A stretch of DNA of 64,000 nucleotides from Dipteris shenzhenensis. Its lineage: Eukaryota. The position numbers and the translations under genes are program-made. Below the pieces are notes generated by a model. It ran no database searches. It saw only the letters and a program-made list of their open reading frames with translations, and was not told where the DNA came from. The stretch is from assembly GCA_047967505.1 (NCBI GenBank), contig CM106538.1, one strand, 5' to 3'. Of the stretch, positions 37,519-50,278 are shown piece after piece (the stretch's first letter is position 1; each line of letters begins with the position of its first letter).

Positions 37519-38390
37519 ATGGAGCTCCTCGGGTAGGGGGAGCATGTCCTATTGGACCCCCTTGCAGTTCCTTCTTTCACTATCCCTAACTTTGGAGGGT
37601 TCGGGAAATTGGATGGGACCAATTATCCTATCTAGAAGGTGAAGATCCGGAGTCATTTAGTGGCTCGAAAATTGTGGAAGCTGACAATGGCAACAAAGGC
37701 GATGCCGAAGTGTTGGACAAAGAGGGGACGATACTTGTACCCATAGATGGAGATGAACTTGAAGGGTGGGAGGATAGAGATGCCCAACCCCTGGCCTTGA
37801 TTGTTGGGACAACGGCGGCTCAGTAATTTCTCATGTAAGATGACAGACACATCAGTAGAGGGGTGGGCCATTCTGAAGGATTTGTATGAGACAGATAATA
37901 CATCTTGCATCTTGACTCTTCAGCGTCAACTCTACGACTTGGATATGGATGAGGGAGATTCGGTTCATGACCACTTGACTAAAGTCAAGGTGGTGAGAGA
38001 TCAACTAGCATCGGTTGGGAAGGTGGAATCAAGCCAGTTGGCCTTGATGGTACTTGGGATGCTACCACGCGGTTTCAAGAGCTTCGTTACGACTGTGACA
38101 GTAGGACAGATGACCAAACCTCTGACCTTTGAGGAATTGGGTCCTTTATTGCTATAGGAAGAAGCTCGGGAGAAGCTCTATAACAAAGACAACGACAACA
38201 AGGCGTTATTGGCAAAGGATAAGGCAAGCCTAGCGAAGGCAAGTCCAAGAAGGATGACTCTGGAGATGAAGAGGACACTTCTAGTAAGAAGAGGAAGCAG
38301 AAGAAGAAATGCTTCTATTGTGATGAGCCAAGGCATTTTGCGAAGGATTGTAGAAAGAAGAAGGTGGATCAAAAGAACAAGGAGTCCGAC
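37519..38390 (+). mobile_element. Copia gag fragment C2, same family as C1
   Basis: PNFGGFGKLDGTNYPI*KVK, MDEGDSVHDHLTKVK, CFYCDEPRHFAKDC; collinear with 32570-33390. Confidence 0.85.
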
Positions 38391-38917
38391 GGTGGTGCCA
38401 TTTGGTACTACCTTGGATGGACATGTGTACTAGGATGGTTTGTTTGTGCAAGACCAGACGTGGGGGAGCAGGAGCCATTGGTTGAAAAGCCAGGAATCAG
38501 AATTGACACCGGATTGTCCCAAAGGGTCTGATCTTGGGAGCTGTTGGGCTGTTGGGCCGAGATATGTCGGTGAGAGGGGGTGTTGGAAAGGTCACCTCCC
38601 CATCTGTAAGCCAGCAAATGAGGAGAGCATGGGGGAGGGAGACCTAGGGCAAGATCTGCCCAGAGAAAAGAGGGAGAGGGGGCCGCCACATGGGCAGCAC
38701 TTCACAGCAAACAAAGGCGGGATTGTAAGGCAAAGGCACACTTGTGGCATGGATTGTGGGCAGGCTTATGGCCTGCAACAGGCCCAGGACCAACGCAGGG
38801 AGAACAGCAGCAGGGTCAGCCAAAATGAGTGCTGGTTGGGCTGGTTGGAGCCAGCCAACCAGGCCCGTGATGGAGCGGACAAAGGGACTGGGCCCCCGCA
38901 TGGAGTGAAGGGTCAAA

Positions 38918-41900
38918 TGAAGGTACGATTGAGAGAGAGAGTGTATGCAGTACAGGACGAGTCGAAGATGATAGTCACACAAACTTAGATAGATGGATAA
39001 CGTTACTAAACACAAGTATAAAGTACTTGTATCTAGGCCTAGGACTAAGTGTCCTAGGTGTCACATAGGACTATGTGTCCTATGTGGCATAGAAGGCACT
39101 AACACAATAAGTGTCTACACTTATGCCTACAAGGCACATACCATGGCCTATAGGGCATCACTAGAACCAGCAAAGGATGGCCTACAAACCCCCCTCCATG
39201 GGATGGGCTGAAGTATTCTGGAAACGTCTCAGAATACCTGGTAGTTTCTGGTCATGGTGGCACATGTTCATCCAAAAGGATATAGCCACCTATGAATGTA
39301 CAAGGAATGTCAGATCATGTAACAAAGGGAACCAAGTGTAAAGCCTGTCGGAAGACTTCGAACTTGGGACGAGGAAGTGCCTTTGTAAACATATCTGCGA
39401 TGTTGTCCTCTGTGGGAAGATAGGACAACTCTATGTCGCCTGCTGACAACCGCTCCCGAACATAATGATAGTGAACTTCAATATGCTTGGTACGCGCATG
39501 AAACACTGGGTTACGCGCAATGGCCAAAGCACTCTGGCTGTCAGTGTAGACAATAGTGGAGGATGTCTGGCAAATACCAAGATATGTAAGTAACTGTCAA
39601 AGCCAAACACAATCTACTGTAGCGGTGAAGGCTGCCCTGTACTCAGCCTCACAACTAGACGTGGCAACTGTCGGTTGCTTCTTGCTGAGCCAAGAAATAC
39701 ATGAATTGCCAAGCAAAAAACAATTGCCAGTATGTGACACTCTGGTGTCGGAACATCCTGCCCAGTCACTATCCGTGTAAGCATGCATGGTAAGTGAACC
39801 CTGATCACCATAGAAGAGGGCTAAATCCTGAGTGCCTCTGAGATATCTGAAGACTCTTTTCACTGCCTGCCAATGCTGTGAACTGGGCATGTGCATGAAT
39901 CTGCTGAGCTGAGATACTGCATACTGCAAGTCAGGTCTGGTGTGACATAAATAAATAAGGCATCCAACAGCCTGCTGATAAAGAGTGATATCACATGGTG
40001 GGCTCCCATCATGAGCTGAGAATTTGAAGCCAGGGTCCACTGGAGTAGAGATTGGCTTGCAATCCTCAAACTGAAAACGATCAAGGAGCTGTCCAATATA
40101 CTTGGACTGAGACATCATGATACCCCCCTCAACATGAGCAAACTGAATGCCCAAATAATAATGGAGCCGTCCCATGTCTGACATGTCAAAAATCTGCTGC
40201 AAATCAGCTTTGAAAGCTGCAATTTGCTGAGTATCGGGGCCCGTGATAAGCATATCATCCACATATAAAATCAGCACTAAAAAATCAGATCCACTCCCAC
40301 GGAAATAAAGAGTGGGTTCTGTGGGACTATTCTGAAAACTAAGGGATAGTAAGTGTGCATGAATTTTGGCATACCATGCCCTGGGTGCCTGCTTCAAACC
40401 ATAAAGGGCTTTTCTAAGCCGGCATACCTTATTTTCAGAATTAACAACCTCAAAACCAGGAGGTTGAGTGACATAGACTTCTTCCTGCAGATCCCCATGA
40501 AGAAAGGCAGTCTTGATGTCAAGTTGGTGCACTTGCCAATGATGATGGGCTGCAATGGCAATGACACATTGAATGGTAGTAATCCTGGATGTGGGAGCAA
40601 ATGTCTCCTCAAAGTCAATGCCTTGTTGTTGGGCATACCCTTTTGCAACAAGACGGGCTTTGTATCGATCTATGCTGCCATCAGATTTTCTTTTTAATTT
40701 GTAGACCCAACGCGTTCCAATGGCATGCTTGCCAGGTGGAAGATCTACTAATTCCCAAGTGTCATTTTTGGCAATAGATTGTAACTCAGCTTTCATTGCA
40801 TCCATCCACTCTTTGCTGTCAAAAGCATCTTTATGGCACAAAGGCTCTTCATTGCAAGCTGTAGCAAGGAGTGCAAACTCAAGAAAGTGACCATGCTGTC
40901 TATTCCCTGATCTTGTCCGGGCAGCAAAAGGCTGATCTTGTTTGCTGTCCCTCAATGTATCAAGAAGCCATCTGGGAACTTGCCTTTGCTGTCTATTAAC
41001 AGCTCTTTCTTCAAGGACTGCATCATGAGTAATGGGATCATTTGGTGCCGGAAGAGAAGCCTGCAAATCAGCATGAGGTTGAGGCTGATTATTGCTTTGT
41101 GGAGGGCCTACAGGAGGCGCATGTTGCTGCTCAAAATCTTCTTCTGATGATGGTAGAGGTAACCAAGATTCAAAGGCATCAAACATGTCAATATCTGGCT
41201 TTGCTTTGCAGTCCACAAGAGGAGAAGCTGAATGTTCAGCAAAGATCACATCTCTACTGACAATAATCTTCCCAGTATTTGGTTGATATAACCAATACCC
41301 TCTGCTCTCCTGGCTGTAACCAATGAATATGCATTTGATTGCCTTGTCATCAAGCTTATGTCTAAGCTGAGATGGTACATGAACATACGCAAGAGACCCA
41401 AAAACTTTCATGTGTGAAAGTGAAGGCTTCCTGCCTTTCCATGCTTCATAAGGTGTCATAGTCTGTAATGCCCGCGTAGGTGATCTATTCAGCACATAGT
41501 TGGCACACATTACTGCATCAAGCCAAAATTTATTGGGCAAAGACTTGGCCTTGAGCATGCATCTGGCCATCTCCATTGTGGACCTGTTTTTCCTTTCAGA
41601 AACAGGATTCTGCTGAGGAGTGTAAGGAGTAGTGCATGAGTGAATAATGCCCCGTGAAGAAAGAAATGCATCAAACTCCTTTGACATATACTCACCCCCC
41701 CTATCTGTGTTGAGGGTGACAAGCTTGCAGCCTGATTCATTCTCAACCATGTTCAGCCATCTCTGAAAGCATAAGAAAACTTCAGATTTGGCCTTTAAAG
41801 GATATATCCAGCAATACCTTGTGAAATCATCAATGAGAGTCATGAAATACTTGTATCCTCCAATGGCATTTGTCCTCATTGGGCCACAGACATCACTGTG

Positions 41901-44900
41901 TACTAGCTGCAATTTCCTTTGTGAGAGTTTTGGACAATTCTTTTGAAAAGGAAATCGATGCATCTTACCCAAAAGACAACCCTCACACACATGTTTAGAA
42001 ACTGTGTGAGTCTGAGGTACATCATTAGCCATCTGGTGTGAATGCAGCTTTGCAAGAGCTCTATAATTTAGATGGCCCATTCTCTCATGCGACAGATGAG
42101 TTTCAGCAAGCTGTGAATCTGAAATAGCCAATGCTTCGGTGTAAAGTGCAGCTGCATGATGATCAAGGTGATAAAGCCCTTTTCGCAAGGTGCCAGTGAG
42201 AACTATGGCATTGTCATCACGAAGATCATATACTAGGCATCTGTAGCCATAAAAAATTACTCTGAAACCTGAAGTAGCAATTGCTGAAATTGAAATCAAG
42301 TTGACTTCAATTCCAGGCACAAAAAGAACATTTGTCAGAGTGACAGGATGACTGGAAATGGATGTGAGCTGCACATCTCCAACTCCTTTTACAGCATATG
42401 AAGCATTATTGGCACATGTAACAGTCCCCCCTCGAGGTGCATCAGCTAAAGAATGAAACAACTGTCTGCAAGATGTGACATGCTTGGAAGCACCACTATC
42501 AAAGTACCAGGACTGAGCATCATTAGAAGTAAAAAGTGCATCAGCTTTGGAGGGATCAAATGAGCAATGGACAGCCCATGCCCAATCATCCTGAAGAGCA
42601 TGTGCATGTGAAGCATCTGCAGGCTCATGGGATTCAATGGCATGTGAGGCATTAGCTGTCAATCCTGCTTTCTTTTTCTCCGAAGCAATGCGCTTCTTGC
42701 ATTCTGAAATGTCATGTCCAGGCTTGCGACAATAATTGCATCTTTTCTTCTTTCCCTTATCTGCTGTATTTTTAGATGCATGAGAGGAATTGCAGCTGCT
42801 ATGCGTAGAGGAATTGCAGCTGCTGTGTGCAGATTTTGGCTTGCCCATAGGCTTGGGAGCCTTGCCTCTTCCTGTTTGCTGTGAAGCAAATGCATGATCA
42901 GGAATAATTGCTTGTCTGTTAGCTCTACTTTGCTCTTCCTGCAAAAGCAAAGTAACAAGCTGATCAAAAGAATAGTGGTCTGGATTACCCATGGCCACTA
43001 ATCGAAGGGTTGTAGCAAACCCTTGATATGTATCTGGTAGTCCATTCAATTTAGTACTGACAAGCTGTGAATTTGGCACCACTTCATCAATGTTGGCAAG
43101 CTGTTCCATGAGGTCCTTGACCTTTGTCAAATATGCATCCATTGACTCACCTTCATTCATATTCACTTCCTGTAATTGCCTTCTCAAATATGCAACACGA
43201 GCTTCATTGCGAATCTGATATAGAGAAGCCAATTTATCCCAAGCATCCTTTGCTGTCCTGCAAGAACGGATGTGTGGAATAATGATTCTCTTGCATGATA
43301 AAGCAATGCATGAATGTGCATTTGCATCTCTTGCATCCCATCTAGACTGTTCTTGAGTTGGAAGAGCAACAGCAGAAGTGCTAGAGGAAAAGGCATCAGA
43401 AGTAGTACCACCTGCAGAAGGTGCAGCAGTAGAAACAACCACTGAAGGATTGGCTGGCCTCAGATCAGCCCCAGAAACAATATTCCACAAATGCTTTGCA
43501 ACAAGAATATGTTTCATGAGATAAGCCACATCGGATAGTTGGTGCCATCCAACTTATCATCTTCACGAAGAACTCCAAATAAATCTTGATTGTTCCCAGC
43601 CATAGCAACTGTGATAACTTGTAAAAGACCTGAAAACCAAAAAGCCTCAAGGCTATCACTGCAATAAGCTGGCGGTCCAAAAATGACAGCAAATATCTGC
43701 AAATTTCTGACCCAAATCAAAGGGCAAATGTAGATCTGACCCAAATGTGATTGTGACAGGCAATGTTCACTGCAAAAACAGCAAATTTGGCAAAAGCCCC
43801 AAATTTATTGAGGGCAAATAAGCCAAAAAGAGGGCAAATTCAGAAAAGCCCCAAATCTTGCTGAAATTTCGCAAATGTGACCCAATGTATGCAAATCTGA
43901 CTCAATGTCCTGCAAATCTGACTCAATGTCCTGCAAATGTAACTGAATGTCCTGCAATCTGATTTAATGTACTGCAATCTAATGCAAAAACAGCAAATTT
44001 GGCAAAAGCCCCAAATTTATTTAGGGCAAATAGGCCAAAAAGAGGGCAAATGTGTGAAAGCCCCAAATCTTGCAATGTCTTGCAAAAGCCCTGTAGATAA
44101 ATTCGCACTTCGAAATTGTACAAAGCACTCGGGGCAGGTACAAGCTGTACGGTCAGCTGTTCTGAAAGTACGTGTACGAAATGCAGGTACAAGTTGTACG
44201 ACGGTTGATCTGCAGGTGTACGTACGGAGCAGATGATCGTACGGAGCAGATGAACCTGTACAAAATAGATACGGTGCTAGTACACCTGTACGGAGAAGAG
44301 CGTACGGCTGTCACTGTAGATGCTGATTCCGTACAGCAGGAGTATTAAATACAGGTACGGAAGGTAGTACGGCAAAGTACAACAAAGTACTTAATGCGTG
44401 ATACCACTGAAGGTACGATGGCGCACTGCAGGTACGGCGTACGGCGAACTACCACTGAAGGTACGTGATGACGCAGAATACGGAATACGTACGGAAGGTA
44501 CGGCGAAGCAGGAATGCAGTACAGCGATGCAGCGTGCAGGTACAGCGCGTAGGTACGACGGAGCAGGTGCGACGGGTACTGCAGGAATCTGTACGCAAGT
44601 CCGTACAATCGTACGGATGGAGCGCAACTTCTTGGAATCTGTGTGTGATGCAGATCCGGAGGCAGGAGAACAGATCCAGGAGCACTCTGATACCACTGAA
44701 GGTACGATTGAGAGAGAGAGAGAGAGAGAGAGTGTATGCAGTATAGGACGAGTCGAAGATGATAGTCACACAAACTTAGATAGATGGATAACGTTACTAA
44801 ACACAAGTACAAAGTACTTGTATCTAGGCCTAGGACTAAGTGTCCTAGGTGTCACATAGGACTATGTGTCCTATGTGGCATAGAAGGCACTAACACAATA

Positions 44901-44977
44901 AGTGCCTACACTTATGCCTACAAGGCACATAACATGGCCTATAGGGCATCACTAGAACCAGCAAAGGATGGCCTACA
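38918..44977 (-). mobile_element. Copia element F, full length and young
   Basis: LTRs 38918-39186 and 44697-44977; TSD TCAAA at 38913-38917 and 44978-44982; PBS on minus strand 44695-44682; PPT ATGGAGGGGGG next to 39187. Confidence 0.98.
39315..43603 (-). pseudogene. Copia gag-pol of F, near intact (one frameshift near 43527, one stop at 39597)
   Basis: 1310-aa ORF with CNYCRKPGHDISEC, WYFDSGASKH, HSDVCGP, TDRGGEY, LYVDDML and YTDSDWAG. The N-terminus MAGNNQD...KLDGTNYPMW is in another frame; the RNase H tail is 39315-39527. Confidence 0.95.
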
Positions 44978-46529
44978 TCAAAGGCCCAGTTTTATAGCCC
45001 CACAGGTCAGTGGGAAGGCAGGGTACGAGTCGGCCAAGCAGGTTAGCTACATGGACCTGCAAAAGGGCCTGAATGTAGCCCTCAGTTGGTTTTTTGGGGG
45101 GCAAAAAAGTCGGCCAGCAGGGTGCTGGTTGGTGGGTTTTGTGGGGGCATCTGCCCCTATAAAAGGGCCCCCTTCGGGCCTCATATCACATCTCTGGAGC
45201 AGCCATCGGAGGAGCACTTTGGAACAGCAGTTCAGCACCCTTTGGGCTCACTCCAGGAGGACAACGAAGGCTGAGGAGCTGCAAACATAGCTCACCGGAA
45301 GCTGCCCACCTAGGCTGTACACTGAAGCAGGAAGGTGGAGAGATCTGACACGGAGTCTAAGGTCTACATATGCTCATCAGTGAGCACGCAGACTCAGGGA
45401 TCTAGGCGTGTCTCAGAGGTAGTAGGACAGCATCTTTTGGTGAGGACAAAGGACCACGGTTTGGTGGGACTTTGGCCCTCTGTTGTATTGTGTCCATATG
45501 GGAGGACAGCCCATGTCGAGCTGCAGTTAGTGGTCATCATGATCACCTTAGCTTGGTGGATTCAGTGTCTACCGCCATCTAGTATTTAAGGGGGGGATCT
45601 CACATGCGCCCTTGCACTAGGGTGCATTGTGACACACTAAACTTGCCATTGAGTGCAGCATTATTTCCCAAGTATGATATTTTGTCGTATGCCGTACCCC
45701 ATTCTGAGCCGTAGTCCAAAAACAAGCCAGGCACGAGCTACATGGGTCCATTCCTAGCCTCCAAGGTCACAAGCCACGGCGTAGCAGTTCGGGTTGCTTA
45801 GGCAAAGGGTTGCAAGGTATCGACCTAACAAGAAGCTCAGCAAAGGGGAGTGTCGCGTGCACCAGTGCAAGGCATAGTTGGCAGTGACACCTGGCTGCAC
45901 AGTCATCAGTTCTCAGCAAGGAGTAAAGGCCAGCATGGGTGCCAAAGCCAAAGTGCACGCCATTTGGGGCTATCCAAGCAGCCTGTTTGCAAGCCAGCTG
46001 GGTCACCCATGCTCGGCCTAAAGGCTTTGACTAAGTCGGGTCGAAATGGCCGGCCAAACAGTTCCATCAAAGTGCCTGCCAGATTGGCTTTTTTCCAGCC
46101 CTATGTAAGGGGATCTTTTCCATATAGTGTGGGCTTTTGTCACCTGCAGTCCCAGCTTCCAGGCACACAGATCCAGCCCCTTCAGCCTGCCATGATCAGC
46201 TCCATATACCCTGCAACCAGGGCAGATGATCCACACAGCAAGGGCACTGCCTGGACAGCAGCGGGTGTTTCCAGTCCCGTTTCAGCAGCATAGCTCGTTC
46301 TCCCAAGTTGCAGTTTCCGCCTCAGATAGGGGAATTTCCAGCTCAGTTTTGTATGCCTATTGGCACTCATGTACAGACAGTAGTTAGGGCATTTTTGCCA
46401 GCATTTATACATCATAAATAAAGCAGTGTACAGTAGTCAGGAAGATCTCTGGTGTTATCATGCTTGAGTTCTCTATTTGAATTCATCCTTTCACTATGCT
46501 TCCGCACAGCAAGTCCCTATACGTTACAC

Positions 46530-47020
46530 TGAGGGAGGATAGAAAGAGAAGGTGGAGGTCGATAGGGCAGGGCTTAGAGGGGAGATAGGAAGACGGGGGG
46601 CTGAGAGGTGAGGGGAAAGGGCTGTTAGCAGTAAGAGGGCAGATAGGTGAGGGGCTGTTAGCAGTCGGGGGGGCAGATTGGAGAGGGGAGGGAGAGAGTT
46701 AGCAGCCGGAGAGGACTGAGGGGTGAGTTGGAGTGAGTGTTAGCAGGCGGGGGTGGCTAGGAAGGGGTCGAGAGGTAGAATGTGAGGCAAGGGGGGTTGT
46801 GAGCTGAAGCAGGGGGCAGATAGAAGGTCAGGGGAGCAGGGGGGACAGTCGGAGGCGAGGTGGCGGTGCAGAGAGAGAGCGGCAGGGAGAAGAGGGGATA
46901 GGCGAGGCGAGGAGGGGCTGTCGGGGGGCAGAAAGGAGAGTGGGAAGCGGGGAGGTAGGTGGGAGCAAGGGGCAGCAGGGGAGGGAGAGAGGGCGGCAAA
47001 GGTCAAGGGATATGGGAAGG
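46530..47020. repeat. Purine/G-rich low-complexity tract
   Basis: About 490 bp dominated by G and A on the plus strand, with many GGG+ runs. Confidence 0.75.
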
Positions 47021-47499
47021 ATATAGTTTTTAGGAATACGCTAATGTAAATTCATGCACTAGAAATGCACGACACCATTGCCAATAGAATCTGAATATAA
47101 GTATGGGAATTGAAGGGTGATGGCCCACACATAATGAAGACAATTCTTATCGCTAGAGCCTTGAAATGAACTTTTGGTAAGGTCCAAAAAAGAGCCTTAT
47201 CCTTGAAATGAACTTTTGGTAAGGTCCAAAAAAGAGCCTTACAGATTCTTAGAAATGCTTTTTTCTAAAGAGTTATGCTAGAATCTAAGGCATAAAGATC
47301 TAGCCAAATTTAAACTTATATACCTTACGAATAGAATTGAATTTCTTATCTTAACAAAAACTTGTGGTATAGCTACCCAATCGGATGTTGACCGAATACG
47401 ACTGTAGGGCTATTAATAGAGATGATGAATTCCATTCATGTTTATGGTTGAAAATTATCCTTGGACATTAATCTTTATCAAGTTATGTGAGTTACTTTA

Positions 47500-48030
47500 T
47501 TCTATGATGTGAGAATACTTTTAAAAGACTAGACATTTCTTTGGAGGACAAGTGTTAGAATTTCTATCGAGATGTGCCATTTGAGACTTGTGAGTGTCCC
47601 TATGCAAACCACAAAGATAAGCTAAAGTCTATTTTATGGATGGAAAGAAAATTAATTTTCTTGATTCCACCTATGTAGATACTGATATAGACGTATGGTA
47701 TTGATAGGATTATCCCATGATTATCTATAATAGTGACATCCTTCGAGATGAAATCTACATACAATGAATAGGGAGTGTATAAGTCTTATGACAAATTGCC
47801 TATTCATAAGAAGAACTTTTATAATTGAGTACAACATAAGAATCAATTTTTTGTTGATGGATTAACTGGAAGGATGTTAGTTGATGCAATACTCAATTTA
47901 TTGTAGTATTATGATATATTTCCTTTAACATGTTATGTTTTTTTGAGATCTTGTATAAAGACATTAAAATGACTGTTTTTCTAAGAGAAATTAGTACACA
48001 CATATACTTCCAAAGAAGATCTTTTTTGGG
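47500..48030 (+). mobile_element. Very old Copia RT relic
   Basis: FEILYKDIKMTVFLREISTHIYFQ resembles EIHQMDVKTAFL.GEL.EEIYM.Q. Confidence 0.4.
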
Positions 48031-50278
48031 ATACATAAACCTACGCTTTTACCTTTTGATAGGTTCACTCAAGTTATCTGATTCTGGCACGTGCATTGCA
48101 CTCGCTTCCTTCAGTCTAAATTTGGAAGTGCATGCCTCACCTACTGCTCCAGCAAGTAGCTTCAAGCTCTGCCCACAATGCCATCGTCCAGCTTCAATCT
48201 CTCATCCGTACAGCATCACCGTATGTACATCATGTGCTTGTCATCTACGGAGAACAATCCCCGTACGACAGCCCAGCCTCATCCGTCGTTCATCCGTGTA
48301 GCATGTGGTGACGCGTCCCTACACTGCACAACAGTTACAACAGTATAGCCTGTGGTGACTCATCATACATACGTATGGACTTACGGATAGCTGTCAGTCA
48401 TTGCAAGCGAAGCATCATACATCCATCCAGTTATTTGCCGTTAGCTCAAATGCAAGCGACGTACCTCCCTATAGATTCGCCGTTTGTATACTTTGCACTG
48501 CCAAACATGTCATCCATACTCGTCTGCTGTTCAGTTGTACAGTTTGTCTTTACTGCACTTTTACATGCTGTTTACAGACAAATTTGGGGCTTTGACAGAT
48601 ATTGCAGTCTAGATTACAATTTTACAGACAAATTTGGAAATTGCCCTCAGTTTGGCTTATTTCGCTGTACAAATTGGGGGTTTTGGCATTGGGCTGCAAT
48701 TTTGCAGTGGAAAAAGGCATTTGGCAGCTTTCCTAGCATTACCACGTTTAGTTCATTGATCATTGCTGCCGTAGGGCCTGCCACACACTCGAACAGATAC
48801 GTTGGGACAAGAGAGATGCACAGGCCCATGCAGTGATTGCTATGAATAGCAAGAGGGTTGTTATACCTCGCATTTAGTCTTGCAAGACAAACCGAGACTG
48901 CATGGGACACTTTGGTCAGTCTCTATCAAATTCAAAATATCACTGAGGTCAGGGATTTTAGAGAGCAGCTTATCAATGTTGATGAGATTGTTCGAGATTT
49001 AGAGGTAGTGTCCAACAATACTTGATGGGCTCCGTGAGTCATACCAAGGATTTGCTACGTCCCTGAGGCTAGTGGCCAACTATAATTGCGATCAGCTGTT
49101 TCCATAATCCTACAAGTGGAGCAGAGTCGTCAAACGGGACTGCTTTTACTCATGTAGATCAGGCCTTTGCCACCGATCACAGGGGCAAATGCAAAGGGGG
49201 GGAAAATTACAGCAAGCCCAAACCTTCATCTAGCACCTCATCATCTTCTTCTCTTGTTGGTGGGAAGAAGAAAAAGCGCTGTAATTATTTTATGAAGCCT
49301 GGTCATGACATCTTGTTGGAAGCGCATTGCTTCGGAAAAGAAAAGCCAGCAGCAAGGTCTTGCAGTTACAAATGCTCCTGCTGCCTATGATCACTCTCAT
49401 GAGGCAACAAACTTGGCTCAGGATGAGTTTGCATTTGTTGTGACCTGCCACTACAATCCAACGATGCATGCTTCAGCTTTGTCGATATCTGATTCTACGT
49501 CAGCTTGGTATTTCGACAACAGTGCTTCTAAGCACATTGCCTCATGCAAATCTATATTTCAGTCCTTGAGTGATGCTCCACACGGGGGCATTGTCACTTC
49601 TGCAACAATGCAGCTTATCCCATGAAAGAGATCCAAGTCACATAGTGTCAGGTGATACAATGACACTTGTGGAAGTTTTATATGTTCCAGGTATCAAGAG
49701 AATCTGCTTTCTATTTTAGCCATCTTGTCATGTGCACGGATGGGTATCTGAGGTGTACTGGGTACACAAGACTAGCTCCGGTAGCCTGGGGAGGCTTAGA
49801 GCTAGGCAAGCTTAATTTTCGGGTTGAGTGGCAAGGGTACGAACCAGTTAGAGGTCTTCGCTATTTTCGGCGCTTGGGGCCGGAGTCTATATAAGGGGCC
49901 CAGAGGTTCAGCTCTCAGAGAGCTGGTGGGAGTAAGTCTCATTCCCAAGTGCTAGGTCTGATCCTGGATTGAGTTGCGGATGCGCGCGTGCATCATAGCG
50001 TAGCCCAAAGCCCAGCAGCAGATCCTAGGCTTCACAACACCACCTGGTGGTATGAGACACCAGGCTGGTTAGGATCTGGTTGGGAGTTCATGCAAATAGC
50101 TCAGCTCGTGGCTCGGAGGGGACATCTCCTAATTCGGGATCGCATCCCGTAGATGTGATGGTTGGGTCATGAGCAGCCTGCTCAGTTTCCTCACATTTGG
50201 TGTGTTCTTGTGTTTGCTTGTAGATCAGAGGTTTCAGGAGTGTTGGGGTCGTGTCAATTGGTATCAGAGCCAACTCCT

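Larger units (their letters stand above)
38581..45604 (+). repeat. Probable LTR of about 1 kb split by element F (38581-38917 plus 44983-45604)
   Basis: PPT-like GAGAGGGGG then TGTTGG at 38581; CCTATAAAAGG near 45155; ends GGGGGGATCTCACA. No partner LTR seen. Confidence 0.5.

Noticed and set aside
44345-45290. Several 100-170-aa ORFs over F's leader and LTR
   Set aside because: They overlap GTAC repeats and LTR sequence and contain no protein motif.
31652-46432. One large element bounded by TGTATAC...GTGTACA
   Set aside because: Flanks CAAAA and GTAGT do not form a TSD, and the two end regions show no clear similarity.
47154-47241. ~43-bp tandem duplication (similar ones at 2950-3065, 5540-5650, 7543-7681 and 43771-44073)
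   Set aside because: Ordinary local duplications with no sign of function.
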